From Thermodesulfobacteriota bacterium (GTDB taxonomy: Bacteria; Desulfobacterota_D; UBA1144; Nemesobacterales; JAJCZQ01), in contig OZ244044.1 in the NCBI GenBank assembly GCA_965215275.1, positions 864,001 to 928,000 on the forward strand: 64,000 nt of DNA, read 5' to 3'. Below, one piece after another: positions 29,747-39,913 of the stretch. The position numbers and the translations under genes are program-made. The notes below the pieces were generated by a model. The model saw nothing but the letters and a program-made list of their open reading frames with translations. It made no database searches and was not told the DNA's origin. Position 1 is the first letter of the stretch. The number at the start of each line of letters is the position of its first letter.

Positions 29747-31036
29747 ATGCCAGAACTAAGAATTATCAGAAATTACGTCGGAGTTGAAAACTCGCACGAA
29801 TTAAGTTCATACCTTGACAGAGATGGCTATAAGGCCTTTAAAAAAGCTCTGGACATGGAGCAGGAAGAAATAATCAATACTATTAAAAAATCCGGTCTTA
29901 GGGGCAGAGGAGGAGCAGGATTTCCCACCGGTATGAAATGGAGCTTTATCCCACGGGATGCAGATAAACCCATCTACCTGTGCTGCAACGCCGATGAAAG
30001 CGAACCGGGAAGTTTTAAAGACAGAGAGATACTTGAGCGTGACCCTCACCAGATGATCGAAGGGATAGCGATCGCCTGTTATGCGATCAATTCACACAGA
30101 GGCTACATCTATATACGGGGAGAGATGCCTTACGGGGCAAAAATAATCCAGGGAGCCATTGACGAGGCATACAGAGAAGGCTATCTGGGAAAGAATATAT
30201 TTAACTCGGGATTTGACCTTGACGTTTCCCTGTACAGAGGAGCAGGAGCCTATATATGTGGAGAGGAAACCGGCCTTCTGGAATCAATTGAAGGAAAAAA
30301 CGGTGAACCAAGACCAAAGCCCCCATTTCCTGCACAGATAGGACTTTTCGGTTGTCCGACCATCGTTAACAACGTTGAGACCCTGGCCGCTGTACCTCAC
30401 ATTATAAACAAAGGTCCTGAATGGTTCTCAGCGATTGGAACACCTAAAAACACCGGAACAAAAATTTATGGACTTAGCGGATGTATAAATAATCCCGGAC
30501 TTTTTGAACTGCCGCTTGGAATTACTATAAGAGAGTTGATCGATGAATACGGAAAAGGGGTAACAAAGGGTAAAAAGGTCAAAGCGATCTCTCCCGGTGG
30601 GTCTTCTTCAGCGGTCTTAACGGCTGACGACCTTGATTTGCCACTGGATTTCGATACTATGGCAAAAGCAGGGTCAATGCTTGGAACCGCAGGAGTAACC
30701 GTTATGGACGAATCTGTCTGTATGGTAAGGGTTGCTCATAATTTAGCTCATTTCTACAGAGATGAGTCCTGCGGTCAGTGCGTACAGTGCAGAGAAGGAA
30801 CATGGTGGCTTGAAAAGATGCTGCGCGAGATCGAAAAAGGAAAAGGATCTCTGGAACACATTGATATAATACTCAGTGCCTGTTCCCAGATGAGAGGAAC
30901 AACCATCTGTGCCCTTGCCGACGGATGTGCAATGCCTGTTGAGTCGCTCGTAAGGAATTTCAGGGACGAGTTTGAAGAACACATCAAGCAAGGCAGGTGT
31001 CCCTTTGATGATCCTTATATGGGTGACTGGAATTAG
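29747..31036 (+). CDS. nuoF: NADH-quinone oxidoreductase subunit F
   Basis: GLRGRGGAGFPTG, NADESEPG, GAGAYICGEET, ESCGQC..CREG. Confidence 0.95.
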   Translation: MPELRIIRNYVGVENSHELSSYLDRDGYKAFKKALDMEQEEIINTIKKSGLRGRGGAGFPTGMKWSFIPRDADKPIYLCCNADESEPGSFKDREILERDPHQMIEGIAIACYAINSHRGYIYIRGEMPYGAKIIQGAIDEAYREGYLGKNIFNSGFDLDVSLYRGAGAYICGEETGLLESIEGKNGEPRPKPPFPAQIGLFGCPTIVNNVETLAAVPHIINKGPEWFSAIGTPKNTGTKIYGLSGCINNPGLFELPLGITIRELIDEYGKGVTKGKKVKAISPGGSSSAVLTADDLDLPLDFDTMAKAGSMLGTAGVTVMDESVCMVRVAHNLAHFYRDESCGQCVQCREGTWWLEKMLREIEKGKGSLEHIDIILSACSQMRGTTICALADGCAMPVESLVRNFRDEFEEHIKQGRCPFDDPYMGDWN

Positions 31037-31290
31037 ACGGTTTCATATCTCTTCGGAACTTCTCTTTTTATGATTTTGCAAACCCTTTCACAGGTCCGCT
31101 TTCTACCAACTTTTTTATTGAAGTGTTTTTCACCCGTATTTTTTAAGAAGAGGATTATATACTGCTTGATCTAGAAGCAGAGATTATACAACAAGTATCT
31201 ATCTGCCATTTTACATGATCCGTTTGGCAATTTTGTCAAGCTCTTTATAATTCTCAATTATATATGATATGAACGGAGTTGGATAAACCT

Positions 31291-33267
31291 ATGAGTGATA
31301 AACTACAAGAATTTCAGAACAACGCAGGCAAACTTATTAGAGAGAAAAATTGGGATGAACTAATTTCGGAATGTACTGAAATTATACGATTAGAAACTGA
31401 TGAAACGATAAAAGCACTAATATACAACTACCGTGGCTATGCATACAATGAGAAGGGAGAGTATGACCTTGCAATTGCGGATTATACCGAGTCAATAAAG
31501 TTAAAACCGAGTGCTTCTGCATACAGCAATCGTGGCAGTGCATACAATTGGAAGGGGGATTATGATAGTGCGATCAAAGATTGTACGGAGTCAATAAAGT
31601 TAAAACCAAATGATTCAGCATACAGCAACCGTGGTTGTGCATACACTGGAAAGGGAGATTATGACAGTGCGATCAAAGATTATACCGAGTCAATAAAGTT
31701 AAAACCGAATGCTCCAGCATACAGCAACCGTGGCAGTGCATACAATTGGAAGAGAGATTATGACAGTGCGATCAAAGATTGTACGGAGTCAATAAAGTTA
31801 AAACCGAATGCTCCAGCATACAGCAACCGTGGCAGTGCATATAATGGAAAGGGAGATTATGACAGTGCGATCAAAGATTTTAATGATGCTATAAAATTAG
31901 AACCGAAAAATGCAAGTTTCTACAACAATCGCGGTGCTGTCTATTTTTATAAAGGGGATTATAACCGTGCAATTGAAAATTTTGACAATGCTATAAATTT
32001 AGAACCGGAAAATGCAAGTTTCTACAATAATCGCGGCAATTCATATTTTCATAAAAGGAATTATGCTCGTGCAATTGAAGATTATACGGAGTCAATAAAG
32101 TTAAAACCAAATGATCCAGCATACAGCAACCGTGGCAGTGCATACAATGAAAAAGGAGATTATGACAGTGCGTTCCAAGACCTTATGAAAGTTGTTGATA
32201 ATAAAGTATTAAAGTCAACATATCCGCTTGTTTATATAACTTCTAAAATTAAATACATAACTTCAGACCATGAAGAACAAAGCAAGCTATTTAAATATTT
32301 CTCCAAATTGAGAACTGCAATAGAAAAAATACGAAAAAAAATATTTGATAAATCAAAAAACACTGAAGAGGTCGCACACTATACGTCTCTTCATGTGCTG
32401 AAGTGTCTTGCTAACAAAAAGTCTTTTCGACTCTACAATGCAGCATATATGAACGACCCTGAAGAAGGGTGGATTCTTTTTGAGATAATGAAAGACAAAT
32501 TTAAAATGGACGTGAAAGAATATTTCTACAAAAGAAATGCAGAAAAGTTCAATCTTTCTCCAGCATATATCGGCAGTTTTGTCGAAGTAACTCCGCCAAA
32601 ACCGGAAAAAGACGAGTTGTTTTTCTGGTGCACGTACGGAAAACATGATAACGAAAAAGCGACGGGAACTTGTCTGATATTCAAAACAGGACAGTTTGCC
32701 AAAGAAGTTTCTCAAGTAATAGGTACCATGTCCCAATTACAAGGAAATAAAAATACTGAATCAGAACAAAAGCCCCCACCAGAACTTTATAAAGTTTTCT
32801 ATAAAAATGACATTGAATATGAAGAAGATATGTTAAAAGCTCTGGAAGAGTTAGCACTAGCGCTACCTCTTGAAGACATAAAGGAATTATGTGATAAACA
32901 TGCAAACAAAAAAGAACTTATAATCAGACTTGTGCAGGAAATGCTTGACAGTATCCGTTTTCTCTTTAAAGCAAACCATTACAAAGAAGAGCGAGAGGTC
33001 CGAGTTGCTAAAATGTTTTATGATGTGAAACCTGAAGCAGCAGAATTAGAGCATACAGATGGTAAAGAACTATCTGAACATAAAGTTGACATGAAACAAA
33101 TCCCCCCGAGGTCTTATTTGGAAATGCCAAGTAATATCCTCCCCAGAGAAGTAATTCTCGGACCTAATTCAAGCAACATATCCAAATGGAGGCAATTGTT
33201 GAAGGAAAAAGGAATAAATGCTGAGGTTAAAAAATCTAATATTAAATTTGGGAACAATCGTCAATAA
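31291..33267 (+). CDS. TPR-repeat protein with DUF2971-like C-terminal domain
   Basis: About 8 TPRs (AYSNRG.AY..KGDYD.AI.D); HYTS, RLYNA.YMNDPEEG, FK..HY.EEREVR, ILGP. Confidence 0.8.
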   Translation: MSDKLQEFQNNAGKLIREKNWDELISECTEIIRLETDETIKALIYNYRGYAYNEKGEYDLAIADYTESIKLKPSASAYSNRGSAYNWKGDYDSAIKDCTESIKLKPNDSAYSNRGCAYTGKGDYDSAIKDYTESIKLKPNAPAYSNRGSAYNWKRDYDSAIKDCTESIKLKPNAPAYSNRGSAYNGKGDYDSAIKDFNDAIKLEPKNASFYNNRGAVYFYKGDYNRAIENFDNAINLEPENASFYNNRGNSYFHKRNYARAIEDYTESIKLKPNDPAYSNRGSAYNEKGDYDSAFQDLMKVVDNKVLKSTYPLVYITSKIKYITSDHEEQSKLFKYFSKLRTAIEKIRKKIFDKSKNTEEVAHYTSLHVLKCLANKKSFRLYNAAYMNDPEEGWILFEIMKDKFKMDVKEYFYKRNAEKFNLSPAYIGSFVEVTPPKPEKDELFFWCTYGKHDNEKATGTCLIFKTGQFAKEVSQVIGTMSQLQGNKNTESEQKPPPELYKVFYKNDIEYEEDMLKALEELALALPLEDIKELCDKHANKKELIIRLVQEMLDSIRFLFKANHYKEEREVRVAKMFYDVKPEAAELEHTDGKELSEHKVDMKQIPPRSYLEMPSNILPREVILGPNSSNISKWRQLLKEKGINAEVKKSNIKFGNNRQ

Positions 33268-33333
33268 TACAACTCAAAAACGATCAAGAAAACAAAAATT
33301 ATATACTTTAGTGCCGAAAACTAATATAACTAT

Positions 33334-34791
33334 TTAATTTTGCTGGTTGTTATTTTTTGCTTTGTCAGTGGTATTTTTCTGCTTGGGTTTATATGTTTCT
33401 ATATCCTGAATAATGTCATTCAGATCTGCCTTTACCCATTCGTGGGCTGCTTTGTACTTATTGAGAATATGTTTTTCTATCTCTCTGAACCGAAGAGTTA
33501 ACTTGCGGTATTCTATTTTAAAACCTCGGAAAGGTCCTGATGTTTGAAATACATTCAATCTCACTTCCAGGTTCATTGTTACTCCTACCTTGTACAACCC
33601 GGAAAACAGTGGATTTGATATTACATATACGAATTTTTTCTTTGGTGGAGATTTTTTTCTTTTTGGTAGATAAGTTAAATGGTTTATTTTTGCTTTATTC
33701 AATCTCTTTTTAGCTAACTTATATGCATCCTCGGTTATATCAATACCGATCCACCGCCTACCTAATTCCTCTGCGGTTTCACAAGTCGTTGCAAGTCCAC
33801 AAAACGGGTCCAAAACTACATCATCTTTATTTGAAGATGTTTTTATTATTCTTTCTAATAGAGCTAAAGGCTTCTGAGTTGAGTAGCCCAAATATTCGTT
33901 AGATTTAGAGTTCAGACTTGGTATTTCCCAGATATCTCCCAACGGCTTACCATGGTCTTCATCTGAATATTTTTTATAATATGGATGTTCTGTCTTTGTC
34001 CAGTAAATAAGATAAGGATTCTTTTTTATACGTTCATCAAAAGTTTCCTGAGTCCATGTCCAACCACGTTCAGAAATAACTCGCTTGCCTTGTATTACTC
34101 TGGCTTCACTACTATTACTTGGATTTGAATATTTCTCTAAAGGAATTTTTTTATAACGTCTACCGGTTTCTTTTTCTGTATGTGGAAATTCCTTTTCTCT
34201 TTCCTCATCAGAAAGTGGTTCATATTGTAAATTAAAATGAACTTTAGTCTTTCTCTTAGCATAAATGAATATACGGTCTGTAATCTCATCATAGCTAGAA
34301 TTTGAACTATTTGCGTCGTGTTTTTTCCACAAAATTTCATTAATAAACCTCTTTTCTCCAAATATGCGGTCTAACAGCAATTTTAAATAATGGCTTATGG
34401 CTGCATCACAGTGTAAATAGATTGAACCCGTGTTCTTCAACACTCTATGTATTTCTATTAACCTTATTGCCATATAGCATAGATAGCAGTAGATATCGGA
34501 CTTTTGACCTCCTTCCATCTTTTTCACACCTTCCAGGAACTTATATAAATCGTGATGGTCTTGATCTTCTTTAAATTCCTTGACCCACTCATCCTTAAAG
34601 TCTTCTTCCCTGAGTATATCCTTAAATTTTGATTTTCTTACACTGCGTTTAGTTGGAGCAGTAAACATACTTTTTTTATTAAACGGAGGGTCTAAATAAA
34701 CCAGATCTATACATTCATCGTTTATATTCTGTAATACTTCAAGATTATCGTGACAGAAAATGGTTCTGTTCTTTACGTTTAAATTTGCCAT
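33334..34791 (-). CDS. N6/N4 DNA methyltransferase (beta class) fused to a T5orf172/GIY-YIG-like domain
   Basis: YLDPPF before TQKP and LDPFCG; tail FVYVISNP..YKVG.T..L..RL..FQT..P..HEWV. Confidence 0.88.
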   Translation of the reverse strand: MANLNVKNRTIFCHDNLEVLQNINDECIDLVYLDPPFNKKSMFTAPTKRSVRKSKFKDILREEDFKDEWVKEFKEDQDHHDLYKFLEGVKKMEGGQKSDIYCYLCYMAIRLIEIHRVLKNTGSIYLHCDAAISHYLKLLLDRIFGEKRFINEILWKKHDANSSNSSYDEITDRIFIYAKRKTKVHFNLQYEPLSDEEREKEFPHTEKETGRRYKKIPLEKYSNPSNSSEARVIQGKRVISERGWTWTQETFDERIKKNPYLIYWTKTEHPYYKKYSDEDHGKPLGDIWEIPSLNSKSNEYLGYSTQKPLALLERIIKTSSNKDDVVLDPFCGLATTCETAEELGRRWIGIDITEDAYKLAKKRLNKAKINHLTYLPKRKKSPPKKKFVYVISNPLFSGLYKVGVTMNLEVRLNVFQTSGPFRGFKIEYRKLTLRFREIEKHILNKYKAAHEWVKADLNDIIQDIETYKPKQKNTTDKAKNNNQQN

Positions 34792-34792
34792 T

Positions 34793-35130
34793 TTAACTGA
34801 GCAACTCCTTATACTTTATTTTCTTACTTCTTAACTCTTCAATCACATTAGAAAAATACATACATAAATTGACAGATATTTGTTCATGAACATGGTCATC
34901 CCAAGAACGTCTATTCTGAAACTTCACTCTAGAAGCTATACTGCCCGGTGCAGCACAAAATCCCTGATCGTTATTGAACGGCAGGTATATTGCTGTTAAA
35001 TTACAACTATTACTATTTATTGCTCGTAAAGGTCCTAAGTGAAATAAAGTTCTGTTATTCCAGTTAGGTGGTGTGATATTTGTTACAGGTTTTGTTGTGT
35101 GTGTGTGTGGGGGGGGGGGGGGATTCGCAT
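34793..35130 (-). pseudogene. degenerate methyltransferase N-terminus forming a leader ORF, out of frame at a simple-sequence repeat
   Basis: PNWNNRTLFH..LRAINSNS.NL....LPFN...KFQNRRSW; TAA ends 1 nt before the MTase ATG. Confidence 0.55.
35097..35122. repeat. (GT)6 + G14 simple-sequence repeat
   Basis: Read directly. Confidence 0.9.
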
Positions 35131-35139
35131 TGTTATAAT

Positions 35140-35168
35140 ATTATACTTGTATCCCAACCGAATGTCAA
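35140..35168 (-). promoter_or_regulatory. consensus sigma70 promoter
   Basis: TTGACA-17 nt-TATAAT on the minus strand, just upstream of ATG 35130. Confidence 0.8.
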
Positions 35169-35227
35169 CAGTATTTCCCTTTATGGCAGGTTATGTGTTT
35201 AATCCCTTTTAAGAACAGTATTGCAGC

Positions 35228-35523
35228 CTACTAGTCTAAATGACAATTCTACTGGTCTAAATGACAATTCTACTGGTCTAAATGACAATTCTACTGGTCT
35301 AAATGACAATTCTACTGGTCTAAATGACAATTCTACTGGTCTAAATGACAATTCTACTGGTCTAAATGACAATTCTACTGGTCTAAATGACAATTCTACT
35401 GGTCTAAATGACAATTCTACTGGTCTAAATGACAATTCTACTGGTCTAAATGACAATTCTACTGGTCTAAATGACAATTCTACTGGTCTAAATGACAATT
35501 CTACTGGTCTAAATGACAATTCT
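35228..35523. repeat. 21-bp tandem repeat x14 (CTACTGGTCTAAATGACAATT)
   Basis: Near-perfect head-to-tail copies with no spacers. Confidence 0.97.
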
Positions 35524-35553
35524 GCTGTTCATAAGTGGCATTTCAGCAAACAA

Positions 35554-36465
35554 CTACATAAAAATAACCTTATCCACCGGTAATTCAGGATGCACTGCAA
35601 TATCAATTACCAAAGAGAGCATTACTGCAAGCATATAAATTATGGACGCCGTAAACGCCTCTCCATAGCTCTTACCGTCATAAACGCTTTTTACGACCTT
35701 GTATTCAAAGTAGGAACCCACTATCAATGCAAATATAGCAAAATAAGCAGATGCTAAACCCGTCAGCCAGAAAGAAAGAGTTAAAGGGATCAAGGTCAAT
35801 GAATATAAAAGTATCAATATATTCGTATACCTGGCACCAAAAGCCACGGGCATTACAGGTATTCCGGCCTGCTTATACTGATCCTTGTACTTCTGTGCAA
35901 GTGCCCAGAAATGAGGAGGCTGCCACAGCATCATAAAGATAAAAAGAATAAGCACGTTAAGATCAAGTTCAGGACTGACGGCACTGTAACCGATCAGTAC
36001 CGGTAACGCTCCAGGGATACCTCCGAGTATAGTTCCAAAAGGGGAATTCCTTTTTAAAAAAAGCGTATAGAGGATCGTATAACTCAGTACGGCAAGAAGG
36101 ATCAGAACTGCATTTACGTAATTTAAATAGTAAAGAGAGATAAACAGTGAAACAAGTATCATCAAAACGGAAACCGTCAGAACGTTAGTGGTACCCAGCG
36201 TCTCCAGAGCCTCCACGCGGCTTGTCAGCCTTTCCATCTTTTTATCTATGTTCCTGTCAAGAAGGTTGTTCAGAACCGCGGAACCTGCAGCACTTAACAG
36301 CAGGGATATTATCCCGAACAGCGTAAAGTAGAGCGACGGTATGCCCTTTGCAGCTATCACCATACCGGTGTAACCCGTGAACGCCACGCTCGTTATTATT
36401 CCCGGCTTGGAAAGCAGGAGGGCGGAGACGGCGATCTTGCCCGGGCTGGTCCTTGGTTTTTCCAT
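35554..36465 (-). CDS. ctaB: protoheme IX farnesyltransferase
   Basis: KPGI, DRNID..M.R, GGIPGALP, WQPPHF. Confidence 0.93.
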   Translation of the reverse strand: MEKPRTSPGKIAVSALLLSKPGIITSVAFTGYTGMVIAAKGIPSLYFTLFGIISLLLSAAGSAVLNNLLDRNIDKKMERLTSRVEALETLGTTNVLTVSVLMILVSLFISLYYLNYVNAVLILLAVLSYTILYTLFLKRNSPFGTILGGIPGALPVLIGYSAVSPELDLNVLILFIFMMLWQPPHFWALAQKYKDQYKQAGIPVMPVAFGARYTNILILLYSLTLIPLTLSFWLTGLASAYFAIFALIVGSYFEYKVVKSVYDGKSYGEAFTASIIYMLAVMLSLVIDIAVHPELPVDKVIFM

Positions 36466-37328
36466 CAGTCACTTCTGTAAGACAGTTTTTCCAGATATTT
36501 AAACCAGATAAACAAGGTCAGACAAAGTATTATCAGTCCGGTCGAAAGATGAAGTGCTGTTATATAAAAAGCCAGCTTGCTCAGTACCACGAACATGCCC
36601 AGTGCTATCTGAACGAAGATAAACAGAAGTATCAGCTTTAAATACGGGACCGCCAGTTCATATGCCTTTCTGCTCCGGGACAGTATAAAGAGTATCAGAA
36701 AGACCGCACAGATAATATAGGCAGCTACCCTGTGAGAAAAATGTATCAGGACGGGACCGGTCAACGACGGAGGTATCCAGAATCCGAGACACTTTGGAAA
36801 ATCAGGACAGGCAAGACCCGCGGAAGAGTGCCTTACATAGGCACCAAGTATCGACTGGACAGTTATCAGGACACAGAGTACAAAGAATATCCCGGCAGGT
36901 CCGGACAGATCGAACTTCGGCTTTCTTGCCTCGCCGTCAAAGAAAGCCATATAGAACGTAAGTGAAAAGATGATCACGGCGTTGGCAAAATGCAGCGTCG
37001 TAAGATCTACCGGCAGTTTAAAAAGCACCACAAGTCCGCCCAGAACTATCTGTATGAGCAGTAACAGAACGCACGCAACGGGAACCAGCTTAAAATACGA
37101 CGTGTACCTTATCAGCCTTTTATAGCTCAAGGCTATGATCAGAATGGAGGTCAGGCCGCCGATCACCCTGTGAAGGAACTCCAGATATATATCCCATCTG
37201 AACGGAGGTATGTACTCCCCGTAGCACAGCGGCCAGTCAGGACATGCAAGGCCTACCTTAAGACCCGCCACTACGTTTCCCCAGACCAACAGTATAAAAA
37301 GTGCCACGAGGGCTGCTTTAGCAAGCAT
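36465..37328 (-). CDS. ctaA: heme A synthase
   Basis: GLACPDWPLC, EFLHR, second GLACPDFP. Confidence 0.92.
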   Translation of the reverse strand: MLAKAALVALFILLVWGNVVAGLKVGLACPDWPLCYGEYIPPFRWDIYLEFLHRVIGGLTSILIIALSYKRLIRYTSYFKLVPVACVLLLLIQIVLGGLVVLFKLPVDLTTLHFANAVIIFSLTFYMAFFDGEARKPKFDLSGPAGIFFVLCVLITVQSILGAYVRHSSAGLACPDFPKCLGFWIPPSLTGPVLIHFSHRVAAYIICAVFLILFILSRSRKAYELAVPYLKLILLFIFVQIALGMFVVLSKLAFYITALHLSTGLIILCLTLFIWFKYLEKLSYRSD

Positions 37329-37329
37329 A

Positions 37330-37650
37330 CTAAGAAATAGCCGGAACTCTTGTAAAAACCTCCATGATCGTCGTTACGATCAGAAGGATAAGCAGGAACA
37401 CGGGATAAATAGCGTAAACCCAGGTCAGTTTATCCTCGAATTTCAGATGCATGAAGTAGTAGGCAACTATCGAGGCCTTAACGGAAGCGATCACCATTGC
37501 AATTATTAGATTAATGACCCTGCCAAGGTCTATCTCAAGAGCGGTATAAACGGTCACGGCGGTCAGGATGGTAAGGGCCAGCCAGACTATGATCAAGGTA
37601 GAAGGACCTATCTCATGATGATCTTTACTGTCGTGTGTGTCAGTGCTCAT
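37330..37650 (-). CDS. ctaF: cytochrome c oxidase subunit IV
   Basis: KA.IV.YYFMHLK; position in operon. Confidence 0.85.
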   Translation of the reverse strand: MSTDTHDSKDHHEIGPSTLIIVWLALTILTAVTVYTALEIDLGRVINLIIAMVIASVKASIVAYYFMHLKFEDKLTWVYAIYPVFLLILLIVTTIMEVFTRVPAIS

Positions 37651-37662
37651 TGTTCCTCCCGT

Positions 37663-38262
37663 CTAACCAATTAAATAAAGAAGCGGAAACAGATATATCC
37701 ATATCAGATCAACCAGATGCCAGTACAGGCCGCCGACCTCGACCGGCGTGTAGTACTCTTTGCTGAACTTTCCCTTATGTGCAAGGAACGCCACCACGGC
37801 CAGAATAACTATACCGGCGAACACGTGAAGCATATGAAGACCCGTCATCAGGAAGTAAAGTGCAAAGAATATGTTCGTGCCGGGATATATATGATGGCTG
37901 AACTTGGCACCATATTCAAAGTACTTAACTCCCCCGAACGCAAGTCCGCAGAGGATCGTAATCACCATGAACAGAACGACCTTTTTACTGTCGCCCCTCT
38001 TGGCGGCCCAGACCGCTATTGCCATGGTCATACTGCTGAAAATAAGAATAACGGTATTTATCGCCCCTTTTGTAACGTCCAGTTTTTCATGCTGCTCAAT
38101 GAACATCTCCGGGAACTTGGCCCTGAAGATCGCATAAGCGGCGAACAGACCTCCGAAAAGAAGTATCTCCGTTCCCAGGAATAACCACATCCCGAGCTTG
38201 GATGAATTGTATTCAACTACCGGGTCCAGTTCATGTTCCGTATGATGAGCAGTTTGTTCCAT
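37663..38262 (-). CDS. ctaE: cytochrome c oxidase subunit III
   Basis: LGMWLFL.TE, TGLH..HV, LYWHLVD. Confidence 0.94.
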   Translation of the reverse strand: MEQTAHHTEHELDPVVEYNSSKLGMWLFLGTEILLFGGLFAAYAIFRAKFPEMFIEQHEKLDVTKGAINTVILIFSSMTMAIAVWAAKRGDSKKVVLFMVITILCGLAFGGVKYFEYGAKFSHHIYPGTNIFFALYFLMTGLHMLHVFAGIVILAVVAFLAHKGKFSKEYYTPVEVGGLYWHLVDLIWIYLFPLLYLIG

Positions 38263-38287
38263 TTTACATTAAAGCCCCTTTTCCTTT

Positions 38288-39895
38288 TTAGCTTGGTCTC
38301 TTTCCATATCCGTAAGTCCAGTCGTTAACGACAGGTATTTCATCAAAGTTCTCATGCGGCGGGGGAGAAGCCATCTGCCACTCCAGGGACAGTGAACCGT
38401 ATGAATTATCCGGAGCCTTCTCCTTACTGAAAAGACAGGCGATGAGATTGACCGTCATCAGGAACACGCCCACTGCCAGTATCCATGAACCGTACGTTGA
38501 GAGTTCATGAAGGCTCTGGAACTCAGCAGGATAGCTGGCGTACCTTCTCGGCATTCCCTGCATCCCCATAAAGAACTGAGGAAAGAACGTAACGTTAAAA
38601 CCCACAAAGATCAGAAACCACGAGATCTTGGCGGTCAGTTCATTATAGACCTTTCCGAACCATTTCTGATACCAGAAGTGAAGGGCACCAAAAAAGCCGA
38701 ACACCGTCCCGCCTATCATCACGTAGTGCATGTGAGCGACCACGAAGTACGTGTCATGCAGATGAACGTCCACTGCAAGTGCACCCAGGTAAACACCCGT
38801 CAGTCCTCCCACGGTGAACAGGAATATAAAGGAAAGTGCATAAAGCATAGGTGACTCCAGCGAGATCGAACCCTTATACAGGGTCGCCACCCAGTTGAAC
38901 ACCTTTATCGCAGTCGGAATGGCCACGAGCATGGTCAGGAAAGAGAATATAGCGGCAGCGGTCTGCGATATACCGCTTACGAACAGGTGATGAAGCCACA
39001 CGAAGAAACTTATTATAGCTATTGCAAAACTCGAATAGGCGATCGCCTTGTATCCGAAGATCGGCTTTCTGGCAAAGACGGGAATGATCTCCGATATGAT
39101 GCCGAACGCGGGTATGACCATAATGTAGACCGCCGGATGCGAATAGAACCAGAAGAAGTTCTGGAACAGTATAGGGTCCCCTCCCTTTGCCGGATCAAAA
39201 AATCCTATGTCCAGCACTCTTTCAGCTATAAGCAGCAGAAGCGTGATACCTACCACCGGGGTTGCCAAGAGCTGCAGTATCGCCGTGGCGTAAGAGGCCC
39301 ATATGAACAGCGGCAGCCTTCCCCAGGTCATACCGGGAGCACGCAGTTTATGTATAGTGACTATGAAGTTAAGTCCGGTCAGGATGGACGAAAAGCCCAG
39401 TACGAACACCCCCAGAGTTATCAGCACCACATCCGTACGGCTCTGAACGCTGTAAGGTGTATAGAACGTCCATCCGGTATCCGCCGGCTGAAGCAAGGCA
39501 AAGAGCAGAATAAGGGTACCAAGAAGATACACCCAGTAGCTTCCAAGGTTCAGCTTCGGAAAGGCAACGTCCCGTGCACCTATCATGAGCGGTATGAGGA
39601 AGTTACCCAGACTGGCCGCAACTCCCGGAACGATAAAAAAGAACACCATAAGTGAACCGTGCATGGTAAAAAAGACGTTATAGGTGTCCTGACTTACAAA
39701 GTCCGCCTCCGGGGTCAGCAGTTCATACCTCATTAAAAGTGCAAAAACTCCCGCAACGAGAAAAAAGAAGGAGATCGTAAGCAGATATAAAATGCCTATA
39801 CGTTTGTGATCGGTGGTCAGCATCCACGATCTGAACCCTCTCGGTTCGTAAAACGAAGGCTGACTTACTGCTTCACCAGCTGCGCTGTTTGCCAT
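38288..39895 (-). CDS. ctaD: cytochrome c oxidase subunit I
   Basis: DHKRIG, WFYSHPAVY, WLHH, HDTYFVVAHMHY. Confidence 0.97.
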   Translation of the reverse strand: MANSAAGEAVSQPSFYEPRGFRSWMLTTDHKRIGILYLLTISFFFLVAGVFALLMRYELLTPEADFVSQDTYNVFFTMHGSLMVFFFIVPGVAASLGNFLIPLMIGARDVAFPKLNLGSYWVYLLGTLILLFALLQPADTGWTFYTPYSVQSRTDVVLITLGVFVLGFSSILTGLNFIVTIHKLRAPGMTWGRLPLFIWASYATAILQLLATPVVGITLLLLIAERVLDIGFFDPAKGGDPILFQNFFWFYSHPAVYIMVIPAFGIISEIIPVFARKPIFGYKAIAYSSFAIAIISFFVWLHHLFVSGISQTAAAIFSFLTMLVAIPTAIKVFNWVATLYKGSISLESPMLYALSFIFLFTVGGLTGVYLGALAVDVHLHDTYFVVAHMHYVMIGGTVFGFFGALHFWYQKWFGKVYNELTAKISWFLIFVGFNVTFFPQFFMGMQGMPRRYASYPAEFQSLHELSTYGSWILAVGVFLMTVNLIACLFSKEKAPDNSYGSLSLEWQMASPPPHENFDEIPVVNDWTYGYGKRPS

Positions 39896-39913
39896 AGTGC
39901 TCCTCCCTTGTAT

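Noticed and set aside
35228..35523. CRISPR array
   Set aside because: Units are contiguous with no unique spacers, and no cas genes are present
35199..35583. ORFs (LNDNSTG)n and (SFRPVEL)n as real genes
   Set aside because: Open frames follow from a 21-bp unit without stops; weak starts and overlap with ctaB
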